Positions 26,967-35,257 of a stretch of 64,000 bases of DNA are shown one piece after another (position 1 is the stretch's first letter; the number at the start of each line of letters is the position of its first letter). Source of the stretch: Candidatus Omnitrophota bacterium (GTDB lineage Bacteria > Omnitrophota > Gorgyraeia > Aquiviventales > Aquiviventaceae); assembly GCA_016180575.1 (NCBI GenBank), contig JACPAY010000004.1, positions 58,883 through 122,882 on the forward strand. Reading direction: 5' to 3'. The position numbers and the translations under genes are program-made. The notes under the pieces are model-generated. The model had not been told where the DNA came from and made no database searches. It worked only from the letters and a program-made list of their open reading frames with translations.

Positions 26967-28269
26967 GCCGCCCGCCCCGGCGCTCGCGAAGGTCGGGCCG
27001 GGGGCGGCCTCGCCGCCGGCGGCCCTCAGCGTCGCCGAGGTCGTGGCGAGGATCCGGGGCTGCATCGAGCGGCAGTTCCCGGCGCCGCTCTGGGTGGAGG
27101 GGGAGCTCTCCAACTGCACCTATCACGCGTCGGGCCACATCTACTTCTCGCTCCTCGACCCGCAGGCGTCGGACCGGTTCGGCCAGCGGCTCCTGCTGCC
27201 GTGCGCGTTCTTCCGCGGCCTGAACCAGCACGTGAAGTTCAAGCTGACGGACGGCCTGAGGGTGCTGTGCCTCGCGCAGGTGGCGATCTATGAGGGACGG
27301 GCCCAGTATCAGCTCAAGGTCCTCCAGGTCCAGCCGAAGGGGAAGGGTGCGCTGCAGCTCGCTTTCGAGCAGCTCAAGCAGCGCCTCCAGGCGGAGGGGC
27401 TGTTCGCTGAGGCGCGCAAGCGGCCGATTCCCCGGATGCCGGAGCGGGTCGGCCTCATCACCTCGCCATCCGGCTCGGCAGTCCATGACATGGTGAGCAA
27501 GCTGCGCGGCCATTTTCACGTCGTCATCCTGCCGGTGCGGGTCCAGGGCGAAGGCGCAGCGTCCGAGCTCGTGGAGGCGATTGGCCTGGCCAACCGGCAG
27601 GGCCTGGCCGATGTCCTGATCGTCGGGCGGGGCGGGGGAAGCATCGAGGATCTCTGGGCGTTCAACGAGGAGCCGGTGGCGCGGGCCATCGCGCGCTCGC
27701 GCATCCCGGTCATCTCCGCCGTCGGCCATCAGGATGACTGGACCATCGCCGACTACGTCGCGGATCTTCGCGCCTCCACCCCGACGGACGCCGCCAAGCG
27801 GCTCGTCCGCGAGCAGGAGCTGCTCGCGGAGCAGGGCCGCGGGCAGGCGGAGCGGCTCGTGGACGCGATGCGCGCATGGCTCGATGAGCAGGACCAGCGC
27901 CTCGCCGCCGCCGGCTCGCAGCTGCGGCTGCTGCATCCCCTGAAGCAGCTTGAGCGCTCGCTTGACCGGGTCCAGGCGCTGCAGGCGCAATGCCTCCAGC
28001 TGACGCAGCACGCGCTGGACGCCTCGGGGCGCCACCTCCAGGGGCTGCTCGGCAGGCTGCAGGCGCTGAGCCCGCTTGCGGTGCTCGGGCGCGGCTACAG
28101 CATCACGATGCGGTTCCCGGAGCGGCATGTCGTGGCGGAGGCGCGCGCCCTGGCCGCCGGCGATCAGCTGGAAACCCTGCTCGCGCGCGGCCGCGTGTGG
28201 AGCACGGTGACCAGGACCGATAGTCCCGGGACCACTTCCATTTTCCCTGAGGCCGCGAATGGAAAATAG
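26911..28269 (+). CDS. xseA: exodeoxyribonuclease VII large subunit
   Basis: The OB-fold N-terminus (LSVAEVVARIRGCIERQFPAPLWVEGELSN) and the catalytic/coiled-coil regions are present. The start is uncertain (26911 or 26935). Confidence 0.9.
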   Translation: MSASRGPWMEPSPLAAATEPPAPALAKVGPGAASPPAALSVAEVVARIRGCIERQFPAPLWVEGELSNCTYHASGHIYFSLLDPQASDRFGQRLLLPCAFFRGLNQHVKFKLTDGLRVLCLAQVAIYEGRAQYQLKVLQVQPKGKGALQLAFEQLKQRLQAEGLFAEARKRPIPRMPERVGLITSPSGSAVHDMVSKLRGHFHVVILPVRVQGEGAASELVEAIGLANRQGLADVLIVGRGGGSIEDLWAFNEEPVARAIARSRIPVISAVGHQDDWTIADYVADLRASTPTDAAKRLVREQELLAEQGRGQAERLVDAMRAWLDEQDQRLAAAGSQLRLLHPLKQLERSLDRVQALQAQCLQLTQHALDASGRHLQGLLGRLQALSPLAVLGRGYSITMRFPERHVVAEARALAAGDQLETLLARGRVWSTVTRTDSPGTTSIFPEAANGK

Positions 28270-28531
28270 AAGCGGTCCCGTATTGAAGTACGAGGAGGCG
28301 CTCAAGCGCCTGGAGAAGCTCGTGGGGGAGCTCGACCGCTCGGAGCTGGACCTGGAGACGCGGCTGAAGAAGTTCGAGGAAGGGACGAAGCTCGCCCGCA
28401 TCCTGCTGAAGAAGCTGGACCAGGCCAAGAAGAAAGTGGAGGTCCTCATCAAGACGCATGTCGGGGAAACGGCGCTTGCGCCCTTTGACGACGGGACCGA
28501 AGATGGCGATGACGGCGACGCTGCCGCGTAA
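28259..28531 (+). CDS. xseB: exodeoxyribonuclease VII small subunit
   Basis: YEEALKRLEKLVGELD...LETRLKKFEEGTKLARILLKKL matches XseB. Confidence 0.85.
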   Translation: MENRSGPVLKYEEALKRLEKLVGELDRSELDLETRLKKFEEGTKLARILLKKLDQAKKKVEVLIKTHVGETALAPFDDGTEDGDDGDAAA

Positions 28532-29384
28532 ACAGGCCCGCCCGGACGAGCCGCCGGCGGTCCGCCCCTCGGCCCAGCGGCGGATTGCGCGCCTCACGCA
28601 GCTCATCAACCAGGCGCTGGACCGCGTCCTGCCGAAGGCGGCCGCCCCGCCGCAGGTCATCCACGAGGGGATGCGCTACTGCGTGCTGTCGGGCGGCAAG
28701 CGGTTCCGGCCGCTCCTGTGCCTGGCCGCCTGCGAGGCGCTAGGGCAGCCGCCGCGTCGGGCGCTCGCGCTCGCGTGCGCCCTGGAGTGCATCCACACCT
28801 ACTCGCTGGTGCACGACGACCTGCCGGCGATGGACAACGCCGACCAGCGCCGCGGCCAGCCCACCTGCCACCGGAAGTTCGGGGAGGGCAACGCCATCCT
28901 CGTGGGCGATGCGCTGCTGACGCTGGCGTTCGACCTGCTCGGCCGGGACGGCACGCCGAACTCGCTGGCGATCATCCGCCTGCTCGGCCGCTCGTGCGGG
29001 ACGTGGGGCCTCATCGGCGGCCAGGTCCTCGACCTGCAGGCGATCAGCCAGCCGCGCCTGGCGACGGAGCGGTCACTGCGGGACATCGCCCAGCGCAAGA
29101 CGGCCGCCCTCATCACCGCCAGCGTCGTGGCCGGCGCCCTGGCGGGCGGGGCCGGGACGGTCCACCTGGCGCGCCTGTCGCGCTACGGCAGCGACGTGGG
29201 GCTCGCGTTCCAGCTGCTCGACGACGTGCACGACGGCGAGGGGCTGGCCCAGGCGCTTGGCGCGGACCAGGCCCGGGCCGAGGCCGAGCGCCTCATCAGC
29301 CGCGCGATTCAGGGGCTCGCGCCGCTGGGCGGCCGGGCCGATCTGCTGCGCCAGCTCGCCGCGTGGCTCGCCCAAACCGCCTGA
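28503..29384 (+). CDS. ispA: polyprenyl (farnesyl/geranylgeranyl) diphosphate synthase
   Basis: The first DDxxD is LVHDDLPAMDNADQRRG and the second is FQLLDDVHD. The start is uncertain (28458, 28503 or 28509). Confidence 0.85.
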   Translation: MAMTATLPRKQARPDEPPAVRPSAQRRIARLTQLINQALDRVLPKAAAPPQVIHEGMRYCVLSGGKRFRPLLCLAACEALGQPPRRALALACALECIHTYSLVHDDLPAMDNADQRRGQPTCHRKFGEGNAILVGDALLTLAFDLLGRDGTPNSLAIIRLLGRSCGTWGLIGGQVLDLQAISQPRLATERSLRDIAQRKTAALITASVVAGALAGGAGTVHLARLSRYGSDVGLAFQLLDDVHDGEGLAQALGADQARAEAERLISRAIQGLAPLGGRADLLRQLAAWLAQTA

Positions 29385-29391
29385 GCCTCCC

Positions 29392-31353
29392 ATGCGACTG
29401 CTTGACCGGATTGATCGTCCCGCCGACCTCAAGTCCTTGACCGTCACCCAGCTCGCCGCGCTCGCGCAGGAGATCCGCGGGGAGATCCTCGCGACGATCT
29501 CGTCGCTCGGCGGGCACCTCGCCTCAAGCCTCGGGGCGGTGGAGCTGTGCCTGGCGCTCCACTACGCCTTCGACGCGCCCGAGGACCGGCTCCTCTGGGA
29601 CATGGGCTACCAGGCCTTCGCGCACAAGCTCATCACGGGCCGGCGCGACCGGTTCCGCACGCTCAAGCAGCTCGGGGGCCTCTCCGGCTTCAACCACAAG
29701 GACGAGAGCCCCTACGACCTCTTTACGACCGGCCACGGCGGCACCGTGCTCTCCACCGCGCTCGGGCTGGCCCTCGCGGACGACCAGGCCAGACGCGTGC
29801 GGCACGTCGTGGCGGTCATCGGCGATGCGAGCCTCGGGGAAGGGATGGCGCTGGAGGCGCTCAACCACATCGGCCACCTCAAGCCGGACCTCCTCGTCAT
29901 CCTCAACGACAACAAGATGTCGATCGCCCCGCCCATCGGGGGCCTGAGCCGCTACCTCAGCCGCCTCATCACCAACCCCATCTACAACCGGCTCCACGCG
30001 GACATCGAGCAGCTCGTGAAGCGGCTGCCGCACGGCTCCAAGCTCGTCCGCCTGGGGCGGAAGGTGGAGGAGTCGGTCAAGGGGTTCGTCGCGCCGGGGC
30101 TCGTCTTCGAGGAGCTGGGCTTCCGCTACGTCGGGCCGATCGACGGCCACAACCTGCGCGAGCTCATCGCGACGCTGAAGAACATCAAGCGGCTCAAGGG
30201 GCCGATCCTCCTGCACGTCTCGACGCTCAAGGGGAAGGGCTACCGGTTCGCCGAGGAGGACCCGGAGCGGTTCCACAAGACCGAGCCCTTCGAGCCGGCC
30301 ACCGGCCGGCCGAAGGCCAACGGACCCAAACCGAAGACGAAGGCCCCGGCGACGTTCACCGACGCGTTCAGCGAGGAGCTCATCCGCCTCGCGGAGGGGA
30401 ACCGGCGGATCGTGGCGATCACGGCGGCCATGCCGGAAGGCACCGGTGTGCGCGCCTTCGCCGCGCGCTACCCGGGCCGGTGCCTGGACGTCGGGATGGC
30501 CGAGCAGCACGCGGTGGGCCTGGCGGCGGGCCTGGCCCGCGGCGGGGCGCGGCCCGTCGTCGCCATCTATTCCACGTTCCTCCAGCGGGCGTATGACCAG
30601 ATCATGCACGAGCTCTGCCTCCAGGAGCTGCCGGTGGTCCTCGCCATCGACCGCGCCGGCCTCGTGGGCGAGGATGGGCCCACGCACCATGGTGTCTTCG
30701 ACCTCGCCTACCTGCGCGTCCTGCCGAACCTCATCGTGTGCTCGCCGAAGGATCCCGCGGAGCTGCGGGCGATGCTGCAGTGGGCGCTCGAGCAGGAGCA
30801 TCCGGTGGCGCTCCGGTACGCCAGGGGCGGGATCGTCTGCGGCGAGCCGCTGGGCCGGCCGGCAAAGGTCCTGGCCGGCAAGTCGGAGCTGCTGCGGCCG
30901 GGGAAGGACGTCGCCCTCCTGGCGCTGGGCAGCCTGGTGTACCCGGCGCTCAAGGTCGCCGACACACTCGCGCAGGACGGGGTGGAGGCCATGGTCGTCA
31001 ACGCCCGGTTCGTGAAGCCGCTCGACGCGGAGATGGTCAAGCAGGCCGCGCAGACCGGCGCCATCGTGACGCTGGAGGAGGCGCAGGTGGCCGGCGGCTT
31101 CGGCAGCGCGGTCTCGGAAGCGCTCGACGCGCAGGAGCGCTCCGCGGTGCCCCACCTGCGCATCGGCCTGCCCGACGGCTTCGTGGAGCACGGCCGGCGC
31201 GACGAGCTGCTCCGGCGCGCCGGGCTCGACCCCGACAGCCTCGCGACCCGCATCGCCCGCTGGTACCACGCCGCCCGCCCGTCCGCCGACCTGCCTGCCG
31301 CGCCGGGCGCGGCGCAGGCAGGGCTGCGCCTCCTGACCGAATCGGCTCGATGA
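29392..31353 (+). CDS. dxs: 1-deoxy-D-xylulose-5-phosphate synthase
   Basis: MRLLDRIDRPADLK...GGHLASSLGAVEL...GDASLGEGMALEALN matches DXS. The xseB-ispA-dxs gene order is classic. The C-terminal extension contains the 33-nt palindrome. Confidence 0.95.
   Translation: MRLLDRIDRPADLKSLTVTQLAALAQEIRGEILATISSLGGHLASSLGAVELCLALHYAFDAPEDRLLWDMGYQAFAHKLITGRRDRFRTLKQLGGLSGFNHKDESPYDLFTTGHGGTVLSTALGLALADDQARRVRHVVAVIGDASLGEGMALEALNHIGHLKPDLLVILNDNKMSIAPPIGGLSRYLSRLITNPIYNRLHADIEQLVKRLPHGSKLVRLGRKVEESVKGFVAPGLVFEELGFRYVGPIDGHNLRELIATLKNIKRLKGPILLHVSTLKGKGYRFAEEDPERFHKTEPFEPATGRPKANGPKPKTKAPATFTDAFSEELIRLAEGNRRIVAITAAMPEGTGVRAFAARYPGRCLDVGMAEQHAVGLAAGLARGGARPVVAIYSTFLQRAYDQIMHELCLQELPVVLAIDRAGLVGEDGPTHHGVFDLAYLRVLPNLIVCSPKDPAELRAMLQWALEQEHPVALRYARGGIVCGEPLGRPAKVLAGKSELLRPGKDVALLALGSLVYPALKVADTLAQDGVEAMVVNARFVKPLDAEMVKQAAQTGAIVTLEEAQVAGGFGSAVSEALDAQERSAVPHLRIGLPDGFVEHGRRDELLRRAGLDPDSLATRIARWYHAARPSADLPAAPGAAQAGLRLLTESAR
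31290..31322. repeat. 33-nt GC-rich palindrome, copy 1 (in frame in the dxs 3' end)
   Basis: cctgcctgccgcgccGggcgcggcgcaggcagg matches 52215-52247 at 32 of 33 positions. It encodes LPAAPGAAQAG. Confidence 0.9.
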
Positions 31354-32651
31354 GCGTGCGGGTGCGCTTCGCCCCCAGCCCGACCGGCAAGCTCCACGTG
31401 GGGTCCGCGCGGACCGCGCTCTTCAACTGGCTCTTCGCCAGGCACCACCGCGGGGCGTTTGTCCTGCGCATCGAGGACACCGACCAGAAGCGCTCCAACC
31501 CCGCGTTCCTCCAGGACATCTACGCGAGCCTCGCCTTCCTCGGTATCGTCGCGGAGGAGGGGCCGATCTTCCAGAGCAAGCGCCTGGCGCTCTACCAGGA
31601 GCACGCGCGGCGGCTGCTGCAGGCGGGAGCGGCCGCGGAGCATGAGGGCGCGGTCGTCTTTTCCGTCAGCCCCCAGGCCGTCACCTTCACGGACCTCCTG
31701 CACGGCGACATCACCGTGGACACGACGCTCTTTGAGTCGCTCGTCCTCATGAAGTCCGACGGCACGCCGACCTACAACTTCGCCTGCGTGGTGGACGATG
31801 CGCTCATGCAGATCTCTCATGTCATCCGGGGGGACGACCACATCGCCAACACCCCCAAGCAGGTGCTCCTCTACCGGGCGCTGGGCTTTGCGCTGCCCGT
31901 CTTCGCGCACATCCCGCTCATCGTCGGGGTGGACCGCGCGCGGCTCTCCAAGCGGTTCGGGGCCACGTCGGTGGACGAGTACCGGCAGGTCGGGTACCTG
32001 CCTGATGCGTTCGTGAATTATCTCGTGCTGCTCGGCTGGTCGCCGGGCGGCAACCGGGAGCTGATCGCCGGCCAGGAGCTGATCGACGCGTTTGACCTCT
32101 CGAAGGTGCGCAAGACCGCCGCCCAGTTCGACCAGCGCAAGCTCGACTGGCTCAACGGCCAGTACCTCAAGCGCACACCATTGCCGCGCCTGGCGGAGCT
32201 GCTCGCGGAGCGGCTCAAGGCCAAAGGGTGGCTGGCCGCTGACCATGACCTGGACTGGCTGGCGCGCGTCGCGGCGCTCCTGCAGGACCGGCTCCGGGTG
32301 CTGGAGGACATCGAGGACCAGCACGCCTTCTTCTTCCGGGAGCCGCCGGACTACGAGGAGGAGGCGGTCGCAAAATACCTGCGGGGAGACGGCGTCGCGG
32401 AGCGGCTGCTCGAGCTGCGGGAGCGCCTCAGCCGGATGAGCTCGTTCGACGCGCCCGCCATCGAGGCGGCCGCCCGCGCGCTCGTCGCCGAGCGGCAGCT
32501 CGCCTCGAAGGACCTCATCCATCCCGCGCGCGTGGCGGTCACCGGCCGCGAGGTGAGCCCCCCGCTCTTCGAGACGATGGCGGTCCTCGGCAAGGCGAAA
32601 GTCCTCAGCCGCCTCGAGCATGCCGCCACGGCGCTTTCGCGGAAACCCTGA
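31350..32651 (+). CDS. gltX: glutamate--tRNA ligase
   Basis: VRFAPSPTGKLHVGSARTAL (HIGH region) and LSKRFG (KMSKS-like) are present. The start overlaps the dxs stop. Confidence 0.93.
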   Translation: MSVRVRFAPSPTGKLHVGSARTALFNWLFARHHRGAFVLRIEDTDQKRSNPAFLQDIYASLAFLGIVAEEGPIFQSKRLALYQEHARRLLQAGAAAEHEGAVVFSVSPQAVTFTDLLHGDITVDTTLFESLVLMKSDGTPTYNFACVVDDALMQISHVIRGDDHIANTPKQVLLYRALGFALPVFAHIPLIVGVDRARLSKRFGATSVDEYRQVGYLPDAFVNYLVLLGWSPGGNRELIAGQELIDAFDLSKVRKTAAQFDQRKLDWLNGQYLKRTPLPRLAELLAERLKAKGWLAADHDLDWLARVAALLQDRLRVLEDIEDQHAFFFREPPDYEEEAVAKYLRGDGVAERLLELRERLSRMSSFDAPAIEAAARALVAERQLASKDLIHPARVAVTGREVSPPLFETMAVLGKAKVLSRLEHAATALSRKP

Positions 32652-32653
32652 CG

Positions 32654-33001
32654 ATGCAGGAGCAGCGCCGGCACATCCGGGTCACCACCCCGGTCATGAT
32701 CGAGTTCCCGAACCCCGAGACGATGAAGACCGAGCGCAGCTTCAGCGTCAACGTCAGCGAGACCGGCCTGCGGTTCCCGACGCCGGTGCGGTTGACGGTG
32801 GGCCACGGGATCCCGCTGACGCTCGCGCTGCCCTTCCACAACACGCCGATGCACGCCACCGGGGAGGTCCTCTGGATCCGCGAGATCTCCCGCCTGGGCG
32901 CCCCGCAGTACGAGGTGGGGGTGCGGTTCCAGTGGATTGACGACCCCGACCGCCAGCGCCTGGCGCACCACCTCGCCACCTTCTTCCCCGGCCGCGCATG
33001 A
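32654..33001 (+). CDS. PilZ domain protein
   Basis: Carries QRRHIR and NVSETGL motifs. Confidence 0.75.
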   Translation: MQEQRRHIRVTTPVMIEFPNPETMKTERSFSVNVSETGLRFPTPVRLTVGHGIPLTLALPFHNTPMHATGEVLWIREISRLGAPQYEVGVRFQWIDDPDRQRLAHHLATFFPGRA

Positions 33002-33041
33002 TATAATCGCCAGTTGAGGAGATCCGATAGAGGTAAGTGGA

Positions 33042-33099
33042 GTCACAAAGTCACAGGGTCACAAAGTCACATGTGACGTGTGACCTTGTGACATGTGAC
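33042..33099. repeat. array of 4 x GTCACA followed by 4 x TGTGAC (about 8-bp periodicity), an imperfect cruciform
   Basis: The sequence reads GTCACAaaGTCACAggGTCACAaaGTCACA|TGTGACgTGTGACctTGTGACaTGTGAC. Confidence 0.9.
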
Positions 33100-33122
33100 C
33101 CCGCCCTCTTTCGACAGTGCGA

Positions 33123-33146
33123 TGGCGGATGGTGTAACGGCAGTAC
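33123..33146 (+). other. orphan copy of the tRNA-Gln 5' acceptor strand plus D-arm
   Basis: 33123-33143 is identical to 33295-33315. The next 3 nt match at 2 of 3 positions. No remaining tRNA body follows. Confidence 0.85.
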
Positions 33147-33294
33147 CTCGACTCGGTCGCCTTCGGCTCCCTCGCTCGGTACAAATTCCGAGCGAGCAAG
33201 GCGAGTCGAGGAAAGGCACAGCCGATAGCGGCCGAGGCGAGGTATCCCGAGCGAGCCCATTCGGATGGCTGGTGGGCGAGTCGAGGGACACAGT

Positions 33295-33368
33295 TGGCGG
33301 ATGGTGTAACGGCAGCACAGCAGATTCTGGATCTGCTTGTCTAGGTTCGAATCCTAGTCCGCCAGCCA
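33295..33368 (+). tRNA. tRNA-Gln (anticodon CUG)
   Basis: The hand-folded cloverleaf has acceptor TGGCGGA/TCCGCCA, anticodon stem GCAGA/TCTGC with loop TTCTGGA, T arm CTAGG-TTCGAAT-CCTAG, and encoded CCA. The U1:A72 pair and G73 discriminator fit Gln identity. Confidence 0.9.
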
Positions 33369-33553
33369 TTTCCTTCGCTCGAAATACGCCCTCCATCCAC
33401 TAATAGGCTCTGGTGACGGCGCGATCACCAGGGCTTCGCGTATCTCACTTATCCTAAAGAGTTAGGGCGATCAGTTCGCTCGCCTGGCGTGCCCTGAACC
33501 TCTCTTCTCCCAGTTGACGCTTCCTCTGGTTGCCCACCAGCCAAAAGATATCC

Positions 33554-33585
33554 TTGACTCTCCAGTTGGCTGGATGGTTTATACT
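33554..33585 (+). promoter_or_regulatory. MerR-type promoter with long spacer and dyad operator, leaderless
   Basis: TTGACT (33554-33559) and TATACT (33580-33585) are separated by a 20-bp spacer. The spacer contains the dyad TCCAG-ttgg-CTGGA (33561-33574). The ATG (33592) starts 6 nt after the -10. Confidence 0.6.
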
Positions 33586-33591
33586 GAAAAC

Positions 33592-34023
33592 ATGATGAAC
33601 CCAACCTTCATTGGAGCCTTGGCAAAGCAAGCCGGTGTCCCGATCAAGACGATCCGGTATTACGAGGATGTCGGGTTGCTGCCGAAGGTGACGCGGACGG
33701 TGGCGGGGTACCGGCTGTATGCGCCTGACGCCGTGGATCGGCTGCAGTTCATCAAGAAAGCGCAGAGCCTGGGACTGCGGCTTGAGCACATCAAGGAAAT
33801 CTTGGAGTTGGCGGATCGGGGCCGCTGTCCCTGCGGGCATGTTCAGCGGCTCTTGAAAGCGCGTCTTGGGGAGCTCCGGGAGAAGATGGCGGCCATGCGG
33901 ACGTTGGAGCAGCGGTTGAAGGCGGCCACAGCGCGCGGCTGTCCGCCGAACTTCCGGCCACGCGGCAAGGCGATCTGTCCGACGATCCAACGGCAACCGC
34001 CCGTGAGGCGCAGGGTGAGATGA
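33592..34023 (+). CDS. MerR-family metal-responsive transcriptional regulator
   Basis: The HTH is IGALAKQAGVPIKTIRYYEDVGLL. Cys residues fall at positions 79, 81, 117 and 129 of the protein, similar to the spacing in Hg-binding MerR. Confidence 0.85.
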   Translation: MMNPTFIGALAKQAGVPIKTIRYYEDVGLLPKVTRTVAGYRLYAPDAVDRLQFIKKAQSLGLRLEHIKEILELADRGRCPCGHVQRLLKARLGELREKMAAMRTLEQRLKAATARGCPPNFRPRGKAICPTIQRQPPVRRRVR

Positions 34024-34679
34024 GCGCGACGCATGTGCTGGAGAAGTACGAGGCCATGGCTGCGGGATACGACCGCCGGTGGCGGCGGTATCACGCGGAG
34101 ACGTTTGGTCGAGCCGTGCACGACATCCAGAGCGATCGTCCCCTGTCGATCCTCGACGCCCCATGCGGCACCGGCGAGCTCATACGTTGGCTCTTGCCCA
34201 AGGTGCCGAAGGCCCGCATCGTTGGTGTGGATGGCTCGGACGCCATGCTGAACATCGCCCGCCAGAAGTGGGCGGGTGAACCCCGAGTGGGTTTCCAGCA
34301 CGGCCTGGCCGATGCCTTGCCGTTTGGTGAGCAGACCTTCGATTGGGTGTTCTGCTGCAGCAGCCTCCACTACTTCCGGCAGCCAGAGCGCATGCTGGCG
34401 GAGTTTGCCCGGGTGCTCAAGCCCACGGGGCGGCTGTTCCTCCTCGACTGGTGCCGCAACCCCTGGCATTGCCGGGTCCTCAATTGGTGGAAAGCCCGCC
34501 ACGATCCGGCGCATGTGCGGATGTACACCACACAGGAACTCGAACAGCTGTTGCGGGACACCGGCTGGTCGGTCCCGCAGGTGGAGCGCTTCCGGGTCAG
34601 TTGGATGCGTGGCCTGCGGCTGTGGGAGATGATGGAAGCCGTTGCCACACGCAGCAACGGACGGAAGGACTCACGATGA
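34020..34679 (+). CDS. class I SAM-dependent methyltransferase
   Basis: Motif I is ILDAPCGTGEL, followed by the post-I/II/III pattern (FDWVFCCSSLHYF...LKPTGRLFLLDW). It has 4-nt overlaps with both neighbours. Confidence 0.8.
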   Translation: MSATHVLEKYEAMAAGYDRRWRRYHAETFGRAVHDIQSDRPLSILDAPCGTGELIRWLLPKVPKARIVGVDGSDAMLNIARQKWAGEPRVGFQHGLADALPFGEQTFDWVFCCSSLHYFRQPERMLAEFARVLKPTGRLFLLDWCRNPWHCRVLNWWKARHDPAHVRMYTTQELEQLLRDTGWSVPQVERFRVSWMRGLRLWEMMEAVATRSNGRKDSR

Positions 34680-35257
34680 AAGCCGCTCGGCTGGGGATTC
34701 TGTCCGCCATCACGGCCTCGGTGTGCTGTTTGGGACCGGTGCTCTTGGTGGTCTTGGGCCTCGGGAGTCTTGGCTTTGGGGCGCTCATCGGCCGCTACCA
34801 CTGGTGGTTCATCGGCGCCGCCATCACGCTGTTGATCTATGCCTGGCGCAGCTACGTGAAGGAAGCACGACACTGCAAGGCGGCCTCGTGCGAGATGGCC
34901 CGAGGGAAGACAACCCGGACGGTGTTACTGCTGGCTTCCGTGGTCGTGGCTGTCTTTGTCGGGCTGAACCTCTACACCTACGCGAGCCAGTCGTCCAACA
35001 CCAAGCCGCAGGCAGCGTCCTCGGCCCAGGCGCACGTGGCCTCCGTCATGATCCCCGTGGAGGGCATGACGTGTTTCACCTGCGAGCTGACGGTCGAGTC
35101 CAGCGTGAAGGGCCTGCCGGGGGTGCGCAGCGTGGATGCGAGGGTCACGGAGTCCGCGGCCTATGTGCAGTATGACCCGGCCCAGGTCACGGTGGACGCT
35201 GTGGTGGTGGCCATCAACAAAACTGGGTATCACGCCACCCCACCGAGGGAACGATGA
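34676..35257 (+). CDS. MerT-like membrane transporter fused to an HMA (MerP/CopZ-like) domain
   Basis: TM1 carries a vicinal Cys pair (ITASVCCLGPVLL). The C-terminal domain has GMTCFTCE (MxCxxC) and a ferredoxin-like HMA pattern. Confidence 0.7.
   Translation: MKAARLGILSAITASVCCLGPVLLVVLGLGSLGFGALIGRYHWWFIGAAITLLIYAWRSYVKEARHCKAASCEMARGKTTRTVLLLASVVVAVFVGLNLYTYASQSSNTKPQAASSAQAHVASVMIPVEGMTCFTCELTVESSVKGLPGVRSVDARVTESAAYVQYDPAQVTVDAVVVAINKTGYHATPPRER

Noticed and set aside
945-32621. Very long minus-strand ORFs in the track (for example 945-2300, 3971-6112, 15424-17073, 18202-19791, 21699-23453, 24549-25562, 26920-28452, 29524-31269, 30708-32621).
   Set aside because: They lie antisense to plus-strand genes with clear family signatures. 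Their translations are Arg/Pro/Gly/Ala-rich with no recognisable motifs. These are typical shadow ORFs of a high-GC genome in which stop codons are rare.
33042-33099. CRISPR array or CRP/FNR-type site in the GTCACA/TGTGAC cluster.
   Set aside because: The units are 6-8 bp with 1-2-nt gaps and no spacers, so this is not a CRISPR array. The half-sites are arranged TCACA…TGTGA, the inverse of the TGTGA-N6-TCACA CRP/FNR consensus.
33144-33315. An intron interrupting tRNA-Gln.
   Set aside because: The downstream copy is already a complete, foldable tRNA. The 172-nt unit is too short for a group I or II intron and would sit in the D-arm, not the anticodon loop.
33095-33403. Track ORFs spanning the tRNA region (33095-33403 on +, 33067-33396 on -, and 33037-33228 on +).
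   Set aside because: They run through the tRNA gene and the repeat structures and have no coding features.
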